Positions 26,782 through 40,581 of a DNA stretch of 64,000 nt are shown here, in pieces (the first letter of the stretch is position 1; each line of letters opens with the position of its first letter). Origin of the DNA: Adineta vaga (taxonomy: Eukaryota > Animalia > Rotifera); NCBI GenBank assembly GCA_021613535.1, contig CP075492.1:5766001-5830000 (forward strand), read 5' to 3'. The notes under the pieces were generated by a model. It did not search any database and was not told the origin of the DNA. It worked only from the letters and a program-made list of their open reading frames with translations. The position numbers and the translations under genes were made by a program.

Positions 26782-27610
26782 ATGCAAACTATCATTAAAT
26801 TAGCTCCACGAAAGTAAGAATTCTTCTGAATTGATTTCCACGAAATACTATACGCATTATCTTCTAGTTTAGTTCCAGTTTTGACACGTTGTTCAAAACA
26901 TACCTTACCTGATTTACCATATGATTACAGTGCTTTAGAACCAGTTATATCTGGTGATATTATGAAACTTCATCATCAAAAACATCATGCTACATATGTT
27001 AATAACCTTAATGTAGCTGAGGAAAAATACAATGATGCTTTGGCTAAAAGTATGCATTGAATATCATTGCCTTTTCTATTCATAAAAGTACTTTTTGTTT
27101 TCAAGATGATCTTAATACCATGATTCATCTTCAACCAGCACTTCGTTTTAATGGAGGTGGTCATATAAATCATTCAATATTTTGGCAAGTTCTTTGTCCA
27201 AAAGAAGGTGGTAATCAACCAAGTGGTGTTCTTGCCGATCAAATTAAGAAAGATTTTGGTTCATTCGATAAAATGGTTACACAATTATCAAATGCAAGTG
27301 TTGGTGTACAAGGTAGTGGTTGGGGTTGGTTAGGTTTTAATAAACAAGAACAACGTTTACAAATTGCAACTTGTTCCAATCAAGATCCTTTACAAGCTAC
27401 AACAGGTAAGAATGTTTAGTAAAGATAGTTTTTAGTTTTTCATGTTTTCTTTCAATGTTTATTTAAGGTCTTGTACCTATCTTTGGTATTGATGTATGGG
27501 AACATGCTTATTATCTTCAATATAAGAATGTTCGTGCTGATTATGTTAAAGCAATTTTTCAAATTGCTAATTGGAAAAAAGCCGATGAGCTTTTTCAAAA
27601 AGCTAAATAA
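26782..27610 (+). CDS. SOD2: Mitochondrial Mn superoxide dismutase (4 coding exons)
   Basis: [70 protein letters not shown]. Confidence 0.97.
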
Positions 27611-27803
27611 TGAACTTGATTGAGACCTTCTTTTTTTTTTGATTTTATTCTCGCTATTAGTCATATTTTAGGATACACACAAACACATACACAAAATAAC
27701 ATAGAATAAAAAAAGAAAGCAAAAACGAACGATTTAAAAAACAAATCTAATATCTGTCAATTCTCTGGATATGACAAACATAGGGAGAGACTATATTTTC
27801 CTA

Positions 27804-30548
27804 TTATTTAGGTGTTAATAATTTTCCTTTTTCAATTTCTTGTTGAAGTAATCGACGTGCTTTACTAAGATTGAATGTTCGACGTAACCAATTATGAAAT
27901 CGTTTCGGAACATTTTTATTACCAACTCCATCCGGTGCACCACCTTTTCGAGCATCACTTACAGCCCACAGTTCGTTCGCATGACGACGTTCAATAGCTT
28001 GAACAACACATCCACCACGAAATCCTGATATCGTATGACCTTTTGCTAGAAGGCCATGTACTACATTCTAAAATACATGCAGAGGACAAATTAAAAAAGA
28101 AATCATCGTGTATGAGTGAGAGAGATCTTACCACCGGGAAGCGTTTTTCTAATTCAAGTTCCATTGGAATGAGTTGTTGATGTAATCGAGGCATATCGAC
28201 AGCATCTCGAATACTTTTTCCGAGCCACAGATTATAGATAGCGACTTGAGCAACCGATGAAATGATTCGACTACCACCAGAGCCACCAGCTGTGAATATT
28301 ACATCACCACTTGAATCAGTAACAAGAATTGGGCTCATTGATGACATGGGACGTTTAACTAAAATCAGACTAGAATTAAGTTCATGAATAAGATGGAGAC
28401 TTGATAATGTTTATCTTTAGATTGAATTACAATGTTCTAGTTTTTGATAGTAAATGTGTACCCATGTACTCATTCGTCTTTCGAGTCATACTTACAAGGT
28501 TTTATAAAATTTGCAGGACTTGGTGCATAACCATAATAATTTGATAGACCTGGTTGAGAGAAATCATCCATTTGGTTATTATAGATTATACCTAAAGAAA
28601 ATTCAATTTATCTTTTTTTTTTTTAGATATAAACATCAACTGACCTGTATTATGTCCATAAATAAGTGCACCAAAACTAGAAAATTAAATGATAAATTAG
28701 AATGGAGTTTGTTTTTCTAATAGCTAGATTTACTCAGTATTTATAGTACTCGTTGCAGCGACAGCATTTCCATTTGAATCAATAACTGAACAATGACTAG
28801 TTCCATGATCTATAGAAATTAGACGAATATTTTCTTATTTTGAATATTTGAAGTACATACCAGTTTGATGTTCGAACATTGGTTCATAATAATTCAATGG
28901 TTGAGCTTTCTCTTCATTAACACGTTGACGAATTTCTTCAGCATATTCTGGAGTGAGAATATGTTGAATTAACTATAATTAAGTGTACGTTAGCAGGAGA
29001 GAATAGTAATTTATTTCTATTTACTTGTTCAATATCTGCATTTATCTCGGTTTGTGAATCATATTCATCACCTAAGGCTGATCGTTTTCCATAAGCAAAT
29101 TTAAATACTTCTGTAAGCGTATGATAGAACCTGACTTGTTTCTCATCACTATCTAATGATTGTGGTGTTAATCGAAAGCCTAAATTTCAAATAGAATATT
29201 TTATTTATAGAAACTTATCATCCTTTGTTTTTTTCTCCTTACTATCCATTACTTTAAGAATCAACAGAGTGATTGCTGAGCTTGCTGGTGGTGGAACACC
29301 AAATGCTGTATAGTTATTTAGTAATTGAACATGAATAGCAGGTTTAACACGAGCATGATATGTTTCGAGATCTTGTCGATTAATAATTCCACCACGTGCT
29401 TGAATTTCATCACAAATAGCATCCGTTAATTCACCTTGATAGAATGCACTTGGCCCTTTTTCAGCAATAATCGATAATGTTTTACCAAGACGTGGTCGAT
29501 AAATCGTATCTCCTAGACCGTATACAACATCGGAATCACCTTTAAAGAATACTCGTCTGAAAAAAAAACCCCGTAAAATCCATATTTCTATCTGATATCG
29601 TTCTATTCTTTCATTTTCATTACCGCATAGATTTATCCGCCCATAGTTTATCTTTCATTTTTAATATAGTGAATGCCAAAGCTTTGCGTATAGCAATTCC
29701 ATCATTACACATATCTATAGCTGGTCGAAACAAAGCTGACCATGGTAGTTTACCATATCTTTTATGTGCTTTCCAGTAGCCAGCTATTTCACCCGGAATT
29801 GCAATCGATAAGCCGCCTGAATTAAAGAATACTTTTCATTTTAATTTATCTAGATTTAGATATTCTACCTGAAACCGATGATGGTGGTGGATTTCCATCA
29901 ACAAACATTCGTTGGTGTGCATTTGATGGTGCTGCTTCACGTGCATCAATTGCTACACATTCCTTCTTTGAACTTTATATAATTGTTTCATTGAAATAAG
30001 AAAATGATTTTTCATTGACTTACATATCGTAAACATTCATGAGAAATCCTCCACCGATACCAGTTGAATGACAATTATGTACACCAACACAGAGAAGAAT
30101 AGCAATAGCAGCATCGACGGCTGAACCACCGAGATTTAGAATACGTCTTTAATTGTAGAAAAAGGAAGATATCGTAAGTTTTTTTTAAATGAAAGAAATG
30201 AATACCTTCCAACTGCTGAGGCTTCTTCGGAATCAGAAGCAACAGCTCCATATTTACATCTCATAAACGATGATTCACCCTCGAAACCATAATTTTCTAC
30301 TCCAGGGAGATCAATTTTAAATTCTAAAATCGATAATATTACTGAAGAATTTTCATAGTTCTAATCTAATCTTACTTGGAGGTTCGACTTCATTCGCTTG
30401 TCTTGTTGATGAAAATGAAAATAAACGATAATGATTGTGATAAACTCCAACCTAAAATAAACATCTATTATTATTTTCGCTTTTTTTTCTATGTTCGATC
30501 GTTCTTTACTCTTCTTAGAAGAGTTGGACATTTATAGGTGAAAGGCAT
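27804..30548 (-). CDS. GGT: Gamma-glutamyl transpeptidase / glutathione hydrolase, copy A (multi-exon)
   Basis: [28 protein letters not shown]; IDAREAAP; [10 protein letters not shown]; nucleophile motif [23 protein letters not shown]; KRPMSSMSP; GGSGGSRI; SDARKGG. Confidence 0.93.
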
Positions 30549-31296
30549 TTCTTCATGAAGATTTTCATCGTTAAAAATAGTTAGAACATTCGAATCTAAA
30601 CAAATATAAAATGGCCTTGAAATAACGTATGTCAGATAATCTTTGTTTGTCTCCTGTCCTCTGAAATAATCAGCGCGACAGTGTTGTGCCTTTTTTTTTC
30701 TTCTCTTTTCTTTCTTCTCTCTATGCACAATTGCACAAATCTTTATCGACATATAGAAGTAGAAACGTTTGTTTTCTTGTCTGTCTCTGCTTCTAATAAC
30801 GAATGACATTACTTTTCTTTTTTTCTTCAACAGTCGAATGGTCACATGCGCATTTTTGTTTTCTTCTGCATTGTACTTATAAATGAGTACGAATCCCCTC
30901 TATTTACTTCGCGCAGTACACATAACCGAAAAATTGCTTTCTGACGTGTAATCAACAGACCAATCATAAATCAATAGAAAATGAAATACAAATCAGATCA
31001 TAGAGCATGGAAGATAAAGAGACAATGATACATATCTTGAAGAAATATTCTGATCTACTCATCCTCGAATTCATTATTCATAATGAACTACCAGATTGTT
31101 TCTATTGATCTAAAAATAGATATTTAACCAACCTCAATGATTTTAGTTCACTTTGATAATATACATAAGAAAAGATGATAATATTTGTTTATTCATGCAT
31201 ATCAGATGAGAATGATTGATTCAAGGTTGTTTTAATTTCTCTATTAAAGAATATCTCATTAATTGATATTACTCATTTGTTTTAGATTAGAGTATT

Positions 31297-31746
31297 ATGT
31301 CGGATCGTTTAACTCAATTACAAGATGTTGTTAATCTCTTAGCAGATCATTTATGTAATGCAACTGGTGTTCTTCAAGAAACAGCTCGACCTAGTCGATT
31401 TGGAGATTTCGAACAAAATTCTTCGACAACAACAACAACTACAACTACAAATGTTGATAGTAATGGTGATGATTATTCACGATTATTTGCATCATTAATT
31501 ACACGTACAACGGGTGAACTCGTTGCTCTTATTGATTCGTTACCAACCATTCCATCTACAGATGATGATCTTACAGAACAACATGGACAATTAGAATTAT
31601 TAGAACAGGAAAATATTGAATCAACAGCAAGATTAGAACAAACAACCGAATTAGCTGAATATCTTCTCGAACAAGTTCAAACATGTTTACAATCATTATC
31701 ACAAGCATTACTTGATGAAAGAAAAAAATTTCAAAATAATCAATAA
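31297..31746 (+). CDS. MED21: Mediator subunit 21 (intronless)
   Basis: MSDRLTQLQDVVNLLADHLCNATGVLQ...LFASLITRT...LIDSLP, the Med21/Srb7 signature. Confidence 0.93.
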   Translation: MSDRLTQLQDVVNLLADHLCNATGVLQETARPSRFGDFEQNSSTTTTTTTTNVDSNGDDYSRLFASLITRTTGELVALIDSLPTIPSTDDDLTEQHGQLELLEQENIESTARLEQTTELAEYLLEQVQTCLQSLSQALLDERKKFQNNQ

Positions 31747-32322
31747 TTCGTTTATTTAAATACATACATGTGCGCTTGTTTGTTTTTTTTTCTTTGTTAC
31801 TCTTAGATTGCAAATGAAGAACTATACACATTACTGGTGAATAAATGTATATAATACAAATAAATAGAGAAAAGAGAATGTAAATATCTTCTTTTCCTTG
31901 TACTGCAAAAATTCAATTAATATCAGAATCTATGATATTGTTTTGACTAACGAGATGCAATTAATTTCATTAACCTCTAACTTTAACATTTTGTACGATC
32001 TAGAACGTCATGTTTTGAGTGCAACAAGTTTATATTATCATATACTCGAAATAATTCTGCTCATGGTTTTCAAACTTAAGATAAGAAATCTTAATCATTT
32101 CGATTATCAATAATTTTTAGAACACATTGTGTTCAACCATCAATTTGAAGAGAATATTAGACAACATAAAAAACAGTTGTAAATAATACTTAAATTGAAC
32201 TAGAATGTTGATATATGCGAGACATCGACTTTCAGTGCGTGTAACGTGATTGCTAGAGGAAATAATATGGGGAAAAAACGGAAATAGGATTACAAATGAA
32301 ATACTGAATCGATTTTTGTCTA

Positions 32323-35052
32323 TTATTTAGGTGTTAATAATCTTCCCTTATCGATTTCCTGTTCTAATAGTCTTTGTTCTTTACTTCGTTTAAATGTTCG
32401 ACGAAACCAATTTTGAAAACTTTTTGTTACATTCGTATAACCAAGACCGTCCGGTGCACCACCTTTTCGAGCATCACTTACAGCCCACAGTTCGTTCGCA
32501 TGTCGACGTTCAATAGCTTGAACAACACATCCACCACGAAATCCTGATATCGTATGACCTTTTGCTAGAAGACCATGTACTACATTCTAAAATACATGCA
32601 GAGGACAAAATAAAAAAGAAATGATCGCGTATGAGTGAGAGAGAGCGAGAGAGATCTTACCACCGGGAAGCGTTTTTCTAATTCAAGTTCCATTGGAATG
32701 AGTTGTTGATGTAATCGAGGCATATCGACAGCATCTCGAATACTTTTTCCGAGCCATAGATTATAGATAGCGACTTGAGCAACCGATGAAATGATTCGAC
32801 TACCACCAGAACCACCAGCTGTGAATATCACATTTCCTCTCGAATCAGTAACAAGAATTGGACTCATTGATGTCATCGGACGTTTAACTGAAAAATTAGA
32901 TTTCTTTGTTATTGATTTATATCAGTTTGTCTTACAAGGCTTGATAAAATTAGCAGGACTAGGAGCGTAACCATAAAAATTCGGTGAACCAGGCTTGGAA
33001 AAGTCATCCATTTGATTATTATAAATAATACCTAAATATTAGAATTTCGAAAACTACATTTCTTCTTAGTTGATGTCAAATCTCACTTACCGGTCTTATG
33101 TCCATATACAAAAGCGCCAAACCTAAAACGAACGATATTAATGATATATTTTCATCAAAACCAAATCTAAACTAACGCAGTATTGATTGTACTTGTAGCA
33201 GCAACTGCATTTCCTTCTGCATCAATAATAGAAACATGACTTGTACCATAATCTTTCAAATAAAAAAGAATAGTAACATTTCTATTTCAACAGTTTTTCT
33301 TATACCAGTTTGAGGTTCAAACATTGGTTCATAGTAATCAAGTGGTTGAGTGTTCTTTTCATTTACACGTTGACGAATATCCTCTGCGTATTTAGATGAC
33401 AAAATTAAGTGAAGTAACTAAATATAAATTATCATAGTTAAGACATAACAGAAAATAAACTTGTATACATTTTCAATTTCTTGATTTTTATCCGTTTGTG
33501 AATCATATTCATCACCCAATGCTGATCGTTTTCCGTAAGCAAATTTGAATATTTCATTGAGTATATGATAAAATCTCACTTGTTTTTCGACAGTATCTAA
33601 TGATTGTGGTGTTAAACCATAACCTGAAACATTTCGAAAAGGAAAAAAACAAACAAATGTTTTGTAATTCAATATTCTTTATGTTGAAAGATTTATTTCA
33701 TGGGGAGAATTTTCTCACCAATTGTTTATTGCTTACCATCCATTACTTTGAGAATCAATAGAGTGATTGCTGAACTAGCAGGTTGGTGGAACACCGTATG
33801 CTGTATAATGATTGTCTAACTGAACCTTAAGAGCTGGTTTAACACGAGCATGATACGTTGCTAAATCATGTTCATCAATAATTCCACCATCTGCTTGAAT
33901 TTCTTCACAAATTTTTGCTGATAATTCACCTTGATAGAATGCACTTGGACCTATCTCAGCAATAGTTTCCAGAGTTTCACCAAGTCGCGGTCGATAAATT
34001 GTATCATGCAATCCATAAACTTCATCTGAATCACCTTTAAAAAACACTCCTCTACATAGGAAACAAACGATGACTTGTTGTCCTTGTCAATTAACTAGTT
34101 TTACCTGAATGATTTATTTTTATATAATTTATCTTTATTTTTAAGAAGAGTAAAAGCAAGAGCTTTTCGTACAGTAATGCCTTCGTTACACATATCGATT
34201 GCTGGCCGAAACAAAGCTGACCATGGTAATTTACCATATTGTTTATGAGCACTCCAATATCCAGCTATTTCACCAGGAATTGCAATCGATAAACCACCTG
34301 AAAACATTACAAAGAGAGTATTCGATTGAGTCAAATATTTTTTTAATTATTTACCAGACACAGAGGATGGTGGTGGATTTCCATCAACAAACATTCGTTG
34401 GTGTGCATTTGATGGTGCTGCTTCACGTGCATCAATTGCTACACATTCCTTTTTTGCACTTTATATAATTGTTTCATTGGAATAGGAAGAAGTTTTTTCA
34501 TTGACTTACATATCGTAAACATTCATGAGAAATCCTCCACCGATACCAGTTGAATGACAATTATGTATTCCAACACATAGAAGTACGGCGATAGCTGCAT
34601 CAACTGCTGAGCCACCAAGATTTAAAATACGTCTATACATCAGAATAAAGATTTAGTTGTTGAATATTTCAGGTAAATACCTTCCGACTTTCGATGCTTC
34701 ATCAGAATCCGAAGCCACAGCTCCATGTTTACAAATCATAAACGATGATTCACCTTCGAAACCATAATTTTCTATACCAGGCAAATCAACTTGAAATTCT
34801 AAATCATTTAATCAACAAAAAATTAATTGCATAATTATGATCTTTGTAATGTTACTCGGTACAGCGATGTTCGTATAAGAAAGTTTGGATGAAAATGAAA
34901 ATAATCGAGAAGATGTATCATAGATTTTAATCTAAATGATGTTGATCTTACATTATAAATATCAAATTATTATCTACCTTTTTTAAAACTTTTTGTGTAG
35001 ATGTTGTTGTCTTCGTAAAAAAATATTTATTAAATAATAATATATTATTCAT
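32323..35052 (-). CDS. GGT: Gamma-glutamyl transpeptidase / glutathione hydrolase, copy B (multi-exon)
   Basis: Same exon layout as copy A; [23 protein letters not shown]; KRPMTSMSP; GGSGGSRI; ends LLTPK*. Confidence 0.93.
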
Positions 35053-35943
35053 TGTAGATCTTATTAATACACTCTAAAGAAGAAGTTATGTGAGAAAATA
35101 TGTTCTCTTAAAACTAATATATTGGATAATTAATGTTTCCTTCTCTTTTCTTCCGCTTCCTACGCACTACTTCCAATAGTCTCTGTTCTAGTCTAGTTAT
35201 ATTCTTGATAAAAAAAAACTGATTTTCTCTCTTTCTGCTCATGAATGTGTTTATTCTTGCTCGCCCACACTGTCTTTTCAATCACAAATACGTTTTCTTT
35301 CCTTGCTGTTCTTTTGCCAAAGAACTTTTTCAGAAGACAAAAAAAACGAGAAAAAAAACTTGTTTCCTATTAAAGTAATGTGTTTTGCTCGTACGTAAAA
35401 ATAGAGAAGAAATAATAAAAGTTAATTGCCAGTCTGTATTGTCTAATCGCGATAATAACTTGTGGAAATACCTTTTAGATAAACATCTAATAAATCATTT
35501 TCTTTTCTATTAACAGAAAAGAAATACTGTTTATCGGTGATTTTAATTATACACGAAAGATATTGCTTACACGCTAATCGTGAACATGCTATGAATTAAT
35601 TATAAGACGTCTAGGAATGTTATGTTACCATCTCTCTTCACTTGTTAGCTTGTGAACGATCCTTCGAATGATATATGACAACACTTTTCTTTCGTTCTTT
35701 CTTCTCTTTTCTTCCCTTCGAGCGAGCGTCGAGAAATAGTAAGCTCTAACAAGAAAAATGACAAGACTTCACCATTCATAGAAAGTTCTGATCCGCTTTT
35801 TCAAAATCTGTCATGACAGTAATTTAATTGATAACTGTCAAAAATAGTTCTTTATTTAAAATAAGAAAATAATTATAAATACAATCATAATAGAATATTA
35901 AAATCAATTAATACATATAATTCACAAGGTTAATTAACTCATA

Positions 35944-38654
35944 TCAAAATCGATGGTTTTGAATATGATTTAACAATGTTTCGGAAACAATACTACCACG
36001 TGTAGCTGACATTCGTCGTGCATAGATTGATAATCTTCGTTGCATATTTTTCTTATCATTATCATCAATATCATTAAGTGCATGAATTTCATCGATATGT
36101 AATTGATTGAGAAATGCTTTACGGAAGAAAACAATTGTCGGATTTCGTATAAGAAAAACTAATAATTTCCATTTACGAACATATCTTGTTGTTTTCTTTC
36201 GTTTCAATTCAAAATTTTCATCATCATTAGAAATATCATGAAAACGTTTGTCATCCATTGTCCATTGTTTTAATTTCATTTCAGTATAAATATGAGAAAC
36301 AAAGACTAACATCACCGGATGTCGATGTGCACATTCCGTATGAATAAAACCACAATAAGAACTAAAACCACCATCCATTGTTTCTAATTTACGACCTAAT
36401 GGAGAATAATCTAATCGACACATATATGCAATTCCACCGATAGCACTTTTAATCAAACGCATAATTGATGAAATAAAACCAAGAAAAGCATCTAGGAAGA
36501 AATTAAAATATATAAATATCATTAAGATACGTCGATTATTTAAAGCAAGAACATTTCCTTGATGTTGTAAGAAAACATATTGTGCAAGAATTTTGTTCAA
36601 ATATTGTTTAAAAAGTATAAACAATAAACTGGGTATAACTTTTTTTAAAATTGTTTCAATCAATCGAACACTTCCAAATGTAATAAATGCATCGATTGCA
36701 ACACATATCAATGTAACAAAGACGGCAATAAGAATAAAACCCCATATTAAATAACCAATAAAATATCCAGCAAAATGAATATTTCCTGATGCATAGGAAA
36801 TATATCTTGAACGTTGTCGTCGTGGTATTTCAGAATCATCACCACGAAATGATTGAAATAGATTTCGACGAATATTAACAAGCATGACTAATAATTGAAT
36901 AATGATTATTAGTATGGTTATGAAAACTGCAAATAAATACGGCCGAATTAATGCTGGAACAGGAAAATTCGATGTTAGAGAATTAATAATTTTCGTAGGA
37001 TTACTGTTTCCCTCTTCTTCGGTGTTTGTACTAGAAGGACTTACGATAATTATTACGGAAACAGCATCAACTAAAGCTTGAAGTAAGTCTTGAAATGGTT
37101 TTAATTGAGGTATAACTCCTATACATGCTTGAATTGTAACAAAATATAAAAGAAGAAAGATTGAAGAATAAACACATAGAACTCGAGTAGAAAATCGAAA
37201 ATCATCTCTCCATTCATAGATTTTCTTAGGTATTAAACGAGCCCATATTGTTCGACTTGGTGGTCGTTGATCAGCTGATCGAAAAAGATTTTTAACATAA
37301 AGCATTTCAACTGAATATGGACGTGCAATACGAAAAAAGGCTCGTTGTTCACGATTTAATTTCATTATCATTCGCTCTTCTGATGAAATATTTTTCTTAA
37401 ATCGATAACGGATTTTCTTTATCAATAGCATCGGTAATTTAACACTTATATAAGCTAAACATAAAAATCTTGGTATATCGGTACACAATTGTATTATAAT
37501 TAAATTAGGTCCAGTACCATAAAATTCAAAATAATCAACAATAGAAGTCGACCCGTCTAAAAAGTCACTGTAGGATGGATAAAAATCTGGATTACACATT
37601 CCTTGATTTATTATAGTTATAACATAATCAAGCCAAGCATACAACATTCCACATGTTAATGTAAAGATTGAATTAATATAGACTGCTGCAAGGAGGCGGA
37701 TAATAACGAAAACCCATAACGAATACTTGAAGTAAACGTAAAAGATAAGCAACAATAACACCTTCACCTTTACTTCCATTTCCACTAAATATTTCTTGTA
37801 GAATTTCAATTAACTCATCAGCACACACAGCAAAAACAACAGCAGCAAATTTTCGATCAATATGCGAAAGAAAATCAGTGGGTATCGGTGGTGCACCATA
37901 ACCATGTAGTTTATCACGTAAACATGATGTACGCTTACTTCGTAGAATGAAAATAAGAATTAAAAAACATGATACAGGAAAAGTAATTACATTAAAATCA
38001 TCATAATTTGTAACATCACAAAAATGACTGGTTTCATAATAAATTGATTGATTTTGTGAAACTTTCATGACAATATCTTCATGTACGGATCGAATTAGTA
38101 CCCATTTCAATGTCAATGCAACTGCAGCTAAAATAATCATGGAAACTGTAATAATACACGATGATAATCGAGCCGATTGTCTTGCACTCTGTAGAGCAAG
38201 ATCGACTAGTTTCGTATCGTTTGAAACTTCTCTACAAATATCAAAGAAAACAAAAATCATATATTGCAAAAAACAAAAGTCCATATGTACTTCTTCTTTG
38301 TCACTTCTTTCGGTTGTTTTCTTCTTCTTCGGATCATATGCCCAATTTGTAATCCATAGAAAATTGCAAGTAAAGCACCTAATAAACATCCAAGTACACA
38401 ATCACTTGTTTTCCACTATTTGTCTGTTGATCACATAATGTTCCATTCCACCAAAATTTACATTCACAAGTTATCGAACCAGTTTCATCACGGCAATATC
38501 CATTTGGTCCACATGGATTATGTAATGAGCAATCTGAATAAATCTCATCGATATGAAATCGATAATTTTAAATGGAATATTTCTTACTTTCTTCACCATT
38601 AATAGTCGAAACCAACGCTAAAACAATAAACATTAACATATTCATTTGCATCAT
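35944..38654 (-). pseudogene. STRA6-like (RBP-receptor family) membrane protein with N-terminal signal peptide and EGF-like domain; two frameshifts (about 38398 and 37695)
   Basis: YEWRDDFRFSTR, NIRRNLFQSFRG, FAGYFIGYLIWGF, HRHPVMLVF, RKWKLLVFLIRNP are STRA6 hallmarks; EGF CSLHNPCGPNGYCRDETGSITCECKFWWNGTLC; YYP-LLAA is broken by an extra C. Confidence 0.8.
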
Positions 38655-39310
38655 TACAACAACTTTGTTCTTTTTGTCTCCAAGAGAGAATATTGTATTG
38701 AGAAGCACTATTTATGCTGCCACTTATTTTTTCTCGTTCTGTCAAAAAAGTATTTTTGAAGTTTTATAAACAAAAAAAAAAGAAAATCTTATTTTTGTCA
38801 TCTGCCTCTTACCTACGATGAAAACAGTCGCCGTGCCACGATAACAAATGTACTTATACGAAAATAATTTACTTGTATTATTTTTAAAGAAATATACCCA
38901 GACGGTATACAGGAAAGAGAAAAAAATCGAACTTGTTGAAGTCGATTAATCATAACAAAACACATAAATATGGTTCCATTAACGATGCTATCATATTTTT
39001 ATGTTATACCAAACAGTATGATGTCAAATACTTACTCTTTTGCCATCGAAAAAAGTTTCAACGAAGGTCAAGATGAACTTCCACAAAATCGATTAGTATT
39101 TATTATGTTCTTTTCAGAATTTGACCTTCGCCATTTATATGATTTCTAAGCGAGAGTAATAAGAAAAATATTTCATTTCATCTTATTTTTCTGATCATTG
39201 GAATAAAGTCTTATATTTTTACATCAAATCTCACTAATATATTTTGTCATATGTAAATAAAACTTTTTCTTCACAATTACAAATATAGAGAAACAACAGA
39301 TTGTATATGA

Positions 39311-40581
39311 TTAATATAGATGACGAAAATCATGATTTATTTGACAATCTAAAAACGAAATGATATCTTTCTGACAAATCATATTAGAAGTACAACATAC
39401 CCTTGAATTGCGAAATATCCGATTGTGTCTTTGTAACTGTTCGATTTAATGAATACCATTTTTGATCCATTTCTTTTAGCGATTCTAAATAATGAAAAAG
39501 TTCAACTAGATCGATAAAAATTCATATGAATAATTTACCACTATCATTTGACATGGAATTATGACTACTATCACTAGCTATTCGTGTTCGAGCTGTGAAT
39601 CTTTGCTGAAGAATAAAATGAAATTTATTCGAAGAAGATCGATGATGATTTACCTTTTTCTGTCGTGCTCGAGTATTTTGAAACCATACTTGAATAACTC
39701 GTTTACTCAATCCTAAAATTCAATTTGCAATACACTCGATTAAATTAAATCCATTCTATCCTACCGATCATCTGCGAAATATGTTCTAATTCTTGTCCAT
39801 CTGGATTTTGATCAATTTCAAAACTTGTTTGTAAGACTTGTAACTGTTCTTCGTTGAATGCTGTTCGAATTCTTTTCGTTCTATTCTGTTTTTGATCTAT
39901 ATTATTCAAAAACAAACCTAAACCTCACTTTTCATGTCTCAATTGAACATACCATCATATCTATCATCATTACTATCGATTACATGTGTTTTACATAAAA
40001 TATGACCATTTTCTAATGAAAATTCTTCGCCTGTTGATAATTGTCGTTCACATGTATAACATGCAAAGCATGTTAAATGATAAACATAATCACATGCACG
40101 TCGAATCCAATCATTTGGAGATACCAAACGATTACATTTCGGACATTTATGAATAGAATATCTTGTTTTACCAAACAAAAAAGAAATTATCAAATCAATT
40201 CAACAATTATTTTCAATTTTACTTATGATAATCTTGTCGACAGAAGATATGATTTCCTTTGAGAAAACATGTTGATTCGTCAGTCAGATGTTTTTGACAA
40301 ATTATACATTGTAAACATGTTTCATGATAGATTCGTGAACCAGCACGAAGATAAAACTCATCCGTTATGCCTTCTTGACAGATACTACAGTAAAGATATT
40401 CAATTTCATCGTTATATATCTAAACACAGAACAAAAGGTTTTCTTTTATATTTAAAACAAATTTACTTGTTTATTTGATGAAAATAATGGAGTTAACTAA
40501 AATCAATCGAAGATAAGTTTTTTTTTGAAATATAAGACAAAAAATACAACTTACGTTCTTTGGATGTATTTGATTCATCAT
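39311..40581 (-). CDS. Awh: LIM-homeodomain transcription factor, Arrowhead/Lhx6-8 class (multi-exon)
   Basis: Two LIM domains (CSIC...HETCLQCIIC...CRQD; CPKC...HLTCFACYTC...CKTH); homeodomain RTKRIRTAFNEEQLQVLQTSFEIDQNPDGQELE...GLSKRVIQVWFQNTRARQKK. Confidence 0.9.
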
